A stretch of 43,551 nt of DNA, counting the filler, from Jimgerdemannia flammicorona (taxonomy: Eukaryota), in assembly GCA_003990765.1 (NCBI GenBank). It is 2 parts of 2 records of this genome, joined end to end, with 100 filler letters (N's around TTAATTAATTAA, not from the genome) between each part and the next. Parts side by side here need not be neighbours in the genome. Positions count along the whole stretch, not along the records: positions 1 to 21,735 come from RBNJ01001404.1; positions 21,836 to 43,551 come from RBNJ01001405.1. The stretch is one strand, 5' to 3'. Positions 12,907-22,101 of this stretch are shown here, one piece after another; the first letter of the stretch is position 1; each line of letters opens with the position of its first letter. Position numbers and translations under genes: made by a program. The notes beneath the pieces are model-generated. The model was not told the origin of the DNA and searched no databases. It saw only the letters and a program-made list of their open reading frames with translations.

Positions 12907-15297
12907 CACAGCTCCTTTCTCTGCTATCTTACCAGTCACAAGATTTGGTAGGTGACCTTCTGAGTTTCCTTTCCCCTATTATTACCCCCTCTACCTCAGG
13001 TTGGTTTGCTGTACCTACAGGGGCATAGTGGAAGGAGGGCAATAATGATGAGTTGCCCCTTTATTGGTATCAGATTGGTGCTTCCTCCACTTTTTTACAG
13101 ATTCTGATGTCTTTAGCTGTATCTGGGGTATATCTGTTTTGGTGTGGCACCTTCTTTCTTTTGCCATTACTAATAAGGAGTTGTCTTGGTATATCTCAGG
13201 CTACGTAGAGAGTCAGCTGACCTTGGGCATCAAGTGCTCAGTATAGGTTACCTGCAGATCCTTGGTACCTATGGTGGGGCTCTCTGGCTTTGGCAAGCTT
13301 CCTGATGAGTGCAGTTCTGGTATAGGTGACTGCTTTTTGGGTGTTGTCAGGATGAGAGGAGAGATGGCCATCACAGATAGGAGGAAGAGTAATAATGTTG
13401 AACCAGTAGGGTGCCAGGCTGGGGGCAGTTATCGGGGCTGGGGCAGGTGCTGTTTCAGTGAGGCCTTTTGATTGATACGGTATAGTCAGCTTCTTTCTCC
13501 ACTACCTTACTGGTCACAAGGTTTGGTAGGCGACCTTCCGAGTCCCCTTTCCCCTAATATTACCCCCTCTACCTCAGGTTGGTTTGCTGTGCCTGTAGGG
13601 GCATAGTGGGAGGAGGACAATGGTGATGAGTTGCCCCTTTATCAGTGTCAGATCGGTGCTTCCTCTACTTTTTCGTGGATTCTGGTACCTTCAGCTGTGT
13701 CTGGGGTGTACCCGTTTTGGTGTGGCACCTTCTTCCTTTTGCCATCACCAACAAGGAGTTGTCTCGGTGTATCTTGGGCTATGTAGGGAGTTGGTCGACC
13801 TTGGGCATCAAGTGCTCAGTGTAGGTTACCTGCAGGTTCTCGGTGCCTGTGGTGGGGCTCTCTGGCTTTGGCGAGCTTCCCAGCGAGCGTGGTTCTGGCG
13901 TAGGTGACTGCTTTTCGGGTGTTGTTGAGATGGGAGGGGAATGGCCATTACAGATAGGTAGAAGGGCGATTACGGTGAACCAGTAGGGTATCAGGCTGGG
14001 GGCAGTCGTCGGGGCTGGGGCAGGTGCTGCTTCGGTGGGGCCTTTTGATTGATGCGACATGGTTAGATGGTAGGTATCACTATCAGCTTCTTTTGGCGGT
14101 CAGCAGGGTTGAGCCCCAGTCATCAGGGGGGGTCAGGAGGCCTGAGGCTACCCATTTCAGGCATCTTGGCTGCACTCAACTGGAACCAGGAGCTGATATG
14201 GCAATGTGATTGAGGCCTGCAGGCTTGAGTAGTGGGGATTGGGAGTTTCCTCCTGCCTCACATGTAAGTCCTTTACTCACCTCAACTGGGAGAACCAGGC
14301 CCTACCTACTGTGTTGTGCTTTGATGAGGGTTTTTTATTTGCCTGTCATTCTCTTTGGGGTAGCAGGGGCTATTCTATTCAGCTCGGGTGTGGCCTTGTA
14401 CATACATTGGGTTCTCAGGCATGCACTTTCAGTCATTGGCATATGGTTGGATTTTCCCTGGTGGTAGGGAGAGCATGGTGCGCAGAATGAGGTGCAGGCT
14501 TATCAGCTCTGCTACGCCTGGCATGGTTGAGCTGCTGGACAATAGCTAGCCTAGGTTAATGGGGGGGCAGTACTTGGTGGATGGTGGGGGAGGGTTTTGG
14601 CCTATATAGTCTAGATTTCCTTCCAATAAAAATCCATGGGACATGAGTCTATTAAATAAAAAAAAAGATACAGTATGGTTAGGTGGTAGGTGTCACTCTC
14701 AGCTTCTTTTGGCAGATTGGTGGGTTAGGCCCCAGTTATCAGGAGGGATCGGAGGGCCCAAGGCTACCCATTTCCGGCATCTTAGCTGCACTTAACTAGA
14801 ACTAGAAGCTGATATGGCAACATGATCAAGGCCTACAGGCTTGAGTAGTGGGGTATTGGAGGTCTCCTCCCACCTCACATATAAGTTCTTTACTCATCTT
14901 GACTAGGAGAACCAGGCCCTACCCACTGTGTTGTACTTTGATGAGAGTTTTTCTTTACCTGTCATTCTCTTTGGGGTGGCAGGGGCTATTCTATTCAGCT
15001 CAGGCATGACCTTGTATATACATTGGGTTCTCAGGCATGCGCTTTCAGTCATTGGCATATGGTTGAGTTTCCCCTGGTGGTAGGGAAAGTATGGTGTACA
15101 GAATGAGATGTGGGCCGATATTGGCCTTGCTGTGCCTGGTATGGTCGAGCTGCTGAACAATAGCTAACCTAGGTTACTGGGAGAGCAGTGCTTGGTGGGC
15201 GGTGGGGGAGGGTTTTGGCCTATATAGTCTAGGTTCCCTTCCAATAAAAATCTGTGAGACATTGAGTCTATTAAAAAAAAAAAAAAAAAAAAAAAAA
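12907..15297 (+). mobile_element. Poly(A)-tailed retroposed insertion with tandem A-A-B(polyA)-B(polyA) architecture and 13-bp TSD
   Basis: TSD GACTATATTCACT at 12894-12906 and 15298-15310. A25 tail at 15273-15297 is preceded by AATAAA at 15243. Unit A copies lie at ~12909-13486 and ~13487-14083. Unit B copies lie at ~14051-14666 (internal short poly(A) 14654-14666) and 14667-15297. Confidence 0.9.
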
Positions 15298-17741
15298 GAC
15301 TATATTCACTTTTATCTAGTTGATACCAAGAATCATATTATAGATAATAGCTTTAGTAATAATAGTCTTTAAGATAGAGAACTGGATATATCTGAGAGTG
15401 ATAGTGGTATTTTATACTTCTTTTAAAAGCTGAATTTAGACTCTATCTATTACTGTAATACCAAGATTAGATAGTTCATCAATAGATCACTAAAAGGTAT
15501 TTAGAAATTTTTTTATAATGATATAGATAGCTATTCCTATATTGATGAGAATTTTTATCTTTTAACCTTCAATATCTCTATACAGATATACATATACAGA
15601 TATATCTTCTACAATCTAAATAATAGTTGGTATAGATTCTTATTATAAGATTGAGACTTAGCCTATACTGGATCTAGTAGTTCTTAATAGTTTATTTTAA
15701 ACTTCAGTAGACATCAATTATAAGAATTATAGAAGATAGATATCTATCTTAGCTTCTTGAATCTTCTTCTATACTTTATTATAAATATCTTAGAATATAG
15801 TCTTTGAGATATATTTCTTAAGTTTTAAAGTTACAAGCTCTTATATATTCTTCTTATTTCATTTCTTTATCTTTAGATCTAAATAGTGGTTTATCTATTT
15901 TAGAGATAAAGGATAAAGAAGAATGAGAAAGTATATCAACCTTATCTTTGACTTCTTTTTTTTAAATAATTCTTCTTTTCAATTTTCTAACTAATCTGTC
16001 TTTATTTATCTTTCTTTTCTCTACAGAGTGGACTGTTTTTTTAAAGATAATCTTGATAAAGTATAGATCTATATTACTATAGTCTTTATTGTTATTTTTC
16101 TTATAATATTCTATAGAGTAGATTTTGCTCTTCTTATACTAAGTTATATTCTTTTGATTTGATAGTTTTAGGTCTCTTTAATTATCTTTTCTATTATTAT
16201 ATTCTATAGTATAGTATTCAAACTATCTATAGTTATAATATTAAACTTAAGTCTTATTATAAGGTGGATAGCTTCTGTCTTCTCAAAATGAGTAACTTTT
16301 GTTTTTTTTTTTTAGAATAGATAGCTTCTGTCATCTTGAAAAGAGTAGTTCTGATTTCTTTGAGATATATATACATATATATAGTCTCTATTGTTTTATA
16401 GATAGTACTAATTTTTATATATAGTGAGTTTTTAATTTGTCTGATCAATTGGTTTAGTTTAGAGCTAAGGCTTTAGATTTTATTTTTGTTTTTCTTCTAT
16501 TTCTTTATAGATTTCTTCTCTTTTGGGTTTTCTTAAAGAATCTTTTAAAGAGTCTTAATTAAGAAGTTGACTTTATTTTCTTTCTTATTGTTATTTCAGA
16601 TAGTTTCTAAAAGTATTTTTAAGCTATATCTACTTATTTATCAGACCTCTTGATATCAAGAATATAGATATACTGATCAATATTAAGAGAGATTTTATTT
16701 ATAAAGATTATTAGATCAATGATGTCTTAATTGATAGTACTAAATTTAGCAATATGTATTCTTTTCTGAATTCTTATAAAGAATGCTCATAGGGATTTTT
16801 TAAGATTTATCTTCATACTTATAATAGATTTTTGTACTTTATAATAAGTTTTAATTTCTATATATTTCTTAATAAACTAGTGAGAGATGACTTTATATAA
16901 TCTATATAATAGTTTATAGTAGCTAGAACTTATTCTAGATTAGAGTTTGGATTGTTTGATATTCTGATAAAAATTTCTTTAACTGGTTCTCTTAGCTATA
17001 TCTTAAAGACTATGATTTATCTTCTAGATGAGAGATCTTTTAGTACTATAATTTCTTTAATAGTATCTAGAAATTTCCTTAGATCTTCTTTTGAGTATTC
17101 TGTAAATATAGATAGTAGTACTATTATTTCATTATTACTGTTTTTGATTTTTTTTTTTTTTCAGTTTCTGAGTCTGAGTTTATTTCTGAAGTTAAACTAA
17201 ACTTAGTTGAGTTGTTGGAAGTTGAGAAATATATACTTAGTCTCTGAAATATAGGTGTAATTCTTAGTATTCTTGAAGATACTAGGCTTGGAGAGTTTGT
17301 TGGTCTAGGTAGAGATAAAATAGGTGAGACTTTTAAGAGAAATTAGAATTGAGTAATATAGTCTTCAAGTTTTTATATAAGTTTATCAAAATTTCAGACA
17401 GAGATATATATATTATCTGATTGATCAGGCTGGATCAGATCTTTTAGTAGTAAGTCTGTAGATATTTCAGATATATTTATCAGGTATAGACTTAGTGATC
17501 AGACTAATAGTAGTGGAGAATTCTATATAGTGCTGACTTTCTCTTAGGATCCTTCTGATAGTAGATAGTTGGTTAGTCTTAAGGTAATTACTTCTCTTCT
17601 TATCCAAATACTACTAATAATTCATTTTTTTATAGTAGTAAAGATTAGTACTATATCAAATATATTCAGTTATTTGTTAAATTCTGTAAACTGAAAGTTT
17701 ATATAGATTTCAAAATCTTCTCAGTTGAGTTCTCAAATATA

Positions 17742-18878
17742 TGTAATTTACTAACTCAATATAAGTAAATTATAAAGTTTGAATAATTATATAGATTGGC
17801 TTAAGCCCTCAGTTACTTTGTTAAAAAGTAATAAAATATTCAGTTAGTTTTATTGATATTTCTTTTAGAAAGTAGTATAAGTTCACTTATTTATATAATA
17901 TAGTAAATTGGTAGATTTCTTAAATAGACAAAGTTTATTACTCAAACTTAGTAGTAAATATATAGACTTTATCTGGCAAATAGACCAAAATATAGCAGAT
18001 ATCTTTTCTATTAATCTGATAAGTAGACCAAAATTAGCAGACTTCTTTATATCAGAAAGTAGACTAGAGTAAAAAAGAGAATAAAGCTCACAATCTTCTT
18101 AATAGTGGCTTTAGAGCAGATATTTCTCTTAAGTATTATATATAATCCTTTTCTTAGATCAAGTGACTCTTAGCAGATATATCTCTCAAAGTATAATATA
18201 GGTAGACTTTGTAATAAATCATTATATGTACCTATAAGTTACTGGAAATTCCAATGAAAATTCCAATAGAAATTTCTATAGAAATTTCTATAGAATTTCT
18301 GACTAGCAGTTATAGTTATCCAGAATAATATAAATATCCTCTATACTGAGTATATTGTAACCTCAGCTCTACTTTCTCTAAATATAAAAATAAGTAATAT
18401 TCTTATCACAGAACCCTCAGACCCAACTTGTTAACAATTTCAAGTCTGATTAACTTGAGATAATTTCATCAGTATAAGAATCTAAAAGTAATACCTAGAC
18501 TCTACTATAACAGACAATTGGAACTCAAGAACTCAGAACTTAGAGCTGATAGTCATTATTGATTATTCACAATATATTAATTCTATCAGTGTATAGTTTT
18601 ATTACAGACTTGTCTTTTGCTTTTTCTTTGACTTTTTGGACTGAGGTTTATTCACTTGAATCTTTGAGATATTTTATATAAGTATGGTTGCTATCTGGTT
18701 GCTATCTGGATAATTATAGAATATACAGTAAGACTAGTTTAAAGAAGGTATGACCACTTGTTCTCTTGGAGAATAGGTGTTCCTGTATAGAACAAGTGTT
18801 CCACATAGAACAAGTAGTCCTTTAGAGATCAGCATACCCCAATTTGGTATATCTGGTTATTTATATAAATTGGTGGTG
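17742..18878 (-). repeat. 5' LTR of the gypsy-like element (interrupted by a solo LTR, truncated at ~18878)
   Basis: Begins TGTAAT at 17742 and aligns to 10624-11400. The adjacent minus-strand TGAGAACTCAACTGAGA (17719-17735) converts by transitions only to TGGGGGCTCGACCGGGA, a tRNA-Pro-like primer-binding site (inference). Confidence 0.7.
18210..18606. mobile_element. Solo LTR (397 bp) with 5-bp TSD
   Basis: TGTAATAAA...TTTATTACA inverted termini. TSD GACTT at 18205-18209 and 18607-18611. The paralogous LTR has a single GACTT at 11113-11117 (empty site). Confidence 0.9.
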
Positions 18879-19116
18879 ACGAGGGGATACACGCCCTATC
18901 GGAGTCTCTGAAGCAGAACGCGACCTTGATCAAGCTGCGTCTCCAAAGTATGTCAGAACTGTATGTGCAGCTGCGTGATGGAATAAAGCTCGCGATCTGT
19001 ATGTGTTCGCTCATAGCCTGTTCATTTTAAAGCAAATGGCATTGGCGGCGAGGGGGCACGCGCCCTAGCCGAGCCTCTGAAGCAGAACACGACCTTGACC
19101 GAGCTGTTTCTCTTCT
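18876..19116 (+). pseudogene. Two exons of a ribonuclease-inhibitor/NLRC3-like leucine-rich-repeat gene (fragment)
   Basis: GDEGIHALSESLKQNATLIKLRLQ (exon ends 18947) and NGIGGEGARALAEPLKQNTTLTELFLF (exon 19033-19116, exactly 84 nt = one 28-aa repeat). Both are followed by near-identical introns starting GTATGTCAGAACTG. The 5' part is replaced by LTR sequence. Confidence 0.85.
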
Positions 19117-19300
19117 GTATGTCAGAACTGTGTGAAGCATTGTGTGCAGCTGCATGATGGAATAATGCTCACTCTTCGGACGATCTGTGTTCATACGTAA
19201 ATAGTCCGTAAGAGCAGGTGACGAATGCAGACTTTATTTGGCGGGTCGCATGGTGTGGCTTTCACTTGCTTAAATAGTCCGTGACGGGTATAGACTTTAT

Positions 19301-20095
19301 TTGGGAGCTGAGTTCCTATGCGCTGTGATGGTGGTGCAGCCGAGGAGATACTCGAGTGCCAGAAGCCACTTGAAGCACAACGCTGGTCACTTGGTAAACA
19401 TAGTCAAGATTCAAAATACGTGTACAAATATCCCAATGATTTTTATATGTGTCTCCTGTCCACGCACCTTTCCAATATCCAACGAACAGACCGTCGGAAT
19501 CGTCAAGGATATTGTCAACGACAAACATACCCAGGTCTCGCTTCGGGCTTTCTCGAATGAGCACAGCCGGGTACCACATTCCGAGCATCTGTGAAACGAC
19601 GCAAGACCACCTTCGCTTTGCCCAGCAACTCAATCACGCCCATCATTATGACCGCCGCCAGCACGGGCTTATCGCTTCCTCCAGCGACGCCAGGCGTTCG
19701 GCCTCAAATCCACTGCAAAAGGCGGCGTCTCCGACGCCTACCTCTTCGGCTGCCGTCATATTGACCAGGACTTTATCTATCGCGATAAGCTGGAGGTTTT
19801 TGTCGAGGACGGAACCTTGACCGCACTTCACACCGCCTTTTAGCGCCATAGCAATGACCCCAAGCGATACGTTCAGCGCTACATCATGGCCAATGCATCC
19901 CACGTGTGGAATCTCATCACCGAGCATAAGGCTATTATTTACATCTGTGGCGCTGGGTACATGTCCAAGGATGTGCGCAGGGCGTTTGAATTGATGGCGC
20001 AGAGTTTTGGCGGGTACGCATGTGATGACCAAGCGAGTGAATATATCCATAAATTGGCAGAGCAGGGCCAGTACAACAAGGATGTTTTGGGGTAA
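19301..20095 (+). pseudogene. FAD/NADPH-binding C-terminal part of a diflavin reductase, most like the reductase half of CYP102/CYP505-type P450-reductase fusions; pseudogene
   Basis: Motifs EFL...QPRRYS, YPGLASGFL, FALPSNSITPIIMTAASTGLS..FLQRR, YLFGCRHIDQDFIYRDKL, LHTAF*RHSNDPKRYVQ, IYICGAGYMSKDV and GQYNKDVLG. It has frameshifts, stops (TGA 19558, TAG 19841), a probable intron at ~19394-19489, and no FMN or heme domain upstream. Confidence 0.88.
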
Positions 20096-20515
20096 TGGCT
20101 TTAGATAGTTGCCCGTATACATGTAGGCAATGCATAAGACATTTCTACACATTATATAAACACGTCACACATACATGGCATACTTGGCGTACACGTACAT
20201 AAATGTATGGCGCATGTACGGTACAAGGATTTTGTGATGCATTATGCCTTTCTTTTAATACATATAAGTTCACCGTTTTTTGGAATCGTAACCTACAATC
20301 AATTGATCTTTAACATATCTCATGGGCCTCCGTTGCGTCATGAAAAGGAGGAGATGGGTGTGTGTAATGCCACATCATGCGTTATACATACATATCCGGG
20401 GAGTGGCAGTGTTTTAACGTTGGAGATGTAAAGTTCGATTGTGGAAGTTACATGTGGACGAGAAGTCGGGTATTATCTTTTAATTAACGTCCCTTACATT
20501 ACTCTCAGGCCCACT

Positions 20516-20648
20516 GAAGCTTGACGCGTGGACATGTGATCAATATTACACCCCACCAAAGCTTGATGCTTGGACAGGTGATCAAGTATTACACCGCTTC
20601 CTTGCTCGTCGAAGCTTGGCGTGTGGACAGGTGATCAAGTGTTACACT
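20516..20648. repeat. Three imperfect ~38-bp direct repeats
   Basis: Consensus AAGCTTGRYGyGTGGACAGGTGATCAAGTATTACAC at 20516-20552, 20558-20595 and 20611-20648, separated by 5- and 15-nt spacers. Confidence 0.85.
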
Positions 20649-21065
20649 CTTGTGCTGTGGCATTTCGTCCATCCATCCATATTCCGAATCATTGCTCAGA
20701 CACCACGGATGTGTGAAGACGGATTATAACGCGGGCTGCAAGGCTGCTGGGACTGAAGCTACATGCCAAAGGGTGTTTGGCAAAAACGCCTCACGCAACA
20801 GGGTAAGACTGCCGCCTCGGTTATCACATGGATATAGCATTTAACAAGAACCAAGACTGTGATTGTGCTGTCATTGATTGCATCGCTGTATGGGCACAGC
20901 AGTGGTGGGTACACGCCAACGCATTGGGTACGCATATATAAACCACCTTTCCCCACAACACTTCTTCCCAACAAACCAATTCTCCAACCAGACCTTCCTC
21001 AAACCAATCCTTCCAAACCTCCAACACACCCAGACCTTCTCATTCCTCATCACTCTCCATCAAAA

Positions 21066-21735
21066 ATGAGCCAAAACATAAATGTTTTGATGCCAGAAAA
21101 GAAATCCGCGTGGCGGATTTCCCGAACGTTTTCTTTGAGGTCAATCACGCCCCCATAAGTCTAGACCCCCGCGATCTCGTATGTGTTCACGGTTTGTCTG
21201 TTTACCTGTTTACCTGCCCGCTATACTTCCTCCAACCACTTTATCTTTCTGCCACTCCAACTTTAGGAGACCATCGTCACGTGGACGACCGGTAATCAAA
21301 TCGTGGTGGACAGAAGCTCGGGCACACCGGTGTTCCGGAGGAGGCGGTATGTTTTTTCTTCTTTTTTCCGCTTCAATTCATCACAACCCTCTTGCATCAT
21401 CCGATATTGCTGCAAAATATTTTGCTGATACCTTAACTCTTGTCCATTTTTTCAGGGAAGCCGCTGACATCGCGGCCAGCTTGGCGGCCCTCAGTCTGGG
21501 CGAAGGCAGCGGCCCCCCTCCTCCTCCCGGCCCCATTCCCGCCCCTGCTCCGGGCCCCGTCCCGGCCCCCGGCCCTGCTCCCGTCCCCGCCCGGGCCCCG
21601 CCCTTGCACGCGCCCGCGCTCTCGCCCGCGTCTGCGACTTCGTTCTTCGGCCCGCGCCCCAGCTTTGGACCCCGGCCCGGCCCCCCCTGCTCATGGCCGC
21701 GGCCGCGGCCGCGTCCCCGTTCCTGCCCCGGCCCC
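21066..21735 (+). CDS. Spliced hypothetical protein with Pro/Ala/Gly-rich C-terminal region, partial (runs off contig end); needs one +1 nt correction near 21084-21088
   Basis: AAAAATG start. Canonical introns 21179-21266 (GTATGT..TTTAG) and 21347-21455 (GTATGT..GCTGAT..TTCAG) splice in frame to FDARKEIRVADFPNVFFEVNHAPISLDPRDL/ETIVTWTTGNQIVVDRSSGTPVFRRRR/EAADIAASLAALSLGEGSGPPPPPGP... The ATG is out of frame by one base in a T-run. Confidence 0.55.
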
Positions 21736-21835
21736 NNNNNNNNNNNNNNNNNNNNNNNNNNNNNNNNNNNNNNNNNNNNTTAATTAATTAANNNNNNNNN
21801 NNNNNNNNNNNNNNNNNNNNNNNNNNNNNNNNNNN
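21736..21835. other. Artificial contig-joining spacer
   Basis: N44 + TTAATTAATTAA (21780-21791; stop codons in all six frames) + N44. Confidence 0.97.
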
Positions 21836-21948
21836 TTTTTTGATTGCAACGAACAACTCCCAACGGTACACTTCTCTCCATTCATCTATGAGGTACCATC
21901 GAAAGCCATTTCTCAGGCCTGGCTTCCCATGCCTCCCCAAGCTTTGTC

Positions 21949-22101
21949 TCACCACATATGGCGGTTTGCCCAATGCGCCACTAGCTCCTCCTCTGTCAGG
22001 AAGTAGTGCCGGCATGCTGGGCATTGTGGCAGGTTCGGCATGTGGATCCAGACTTTGATGATCCGACGTGGGGCCGGGGCCGGGCGAGGGTTGTCAGACA
22101 T
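21949..22101 (-). CDS. 50-aa single C2H2 zinc-finger microprotein
   Basis: MSDNPRPAPAPRRIIKVWIHMPNLPQCPACRHYFLTEEELVAHWANRHMW contains C-x2-C-x3-F-x5-L-x2-H-x4-H. The ATG sits in an AAAAAAAATG context, with a CATAAATA TATA-like box ~95 nt upstream (22197-22204). Confidence 0.6.
   Translation of the reverse strand: MSDNPRPAPAPRRIIKVWIHMPNLPQCPACRHYFLTEEELVAHWANRHMW

Larger units (their letters stand above)
10624..18878 (-). mobile_element. Ty3/gypsy-like LTR retroelement relic with gag and aspartic protease, no recognisable RT/integrase; carries two nested insertions
   Basis: Direct repeats at 10624-11485 and 17742-18878. Minus-strand protease relic ILINIGIA (=LIDTGA, ~15530-15555) ... YNMILGIN*IK (=YDMILGIDW, ~15312-15345) continues in frame at 12906 on the far side of the poly(A) insertion. 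Gag N-terminal relic FTEYSKEDLRKFL (=F.G...EDP..FL) at ~17070-17110. Confidence 0.8.

Noticed and set aside
12708..15160. Short ORFs listed within the retroposon and gypsy relic
   Set aside because: Not conserved as open frames between tandem copies. Treated as chance or decayed frames.
20516..20648. CRISPR-like array of ~38-bp repeats
   Set aside because: Only three imperfect copies, spacers of 5 and 15 nt, no cas genes, eukaryotic context.
21181..22024. ORFs crossing or entering the N-run, and an apparent GC-rich symmetry around the gap
   Set aside because: Artefacts of the artificial linker. The shared CCGGCCCC motifs are low-complexity Pro/Ala codons.
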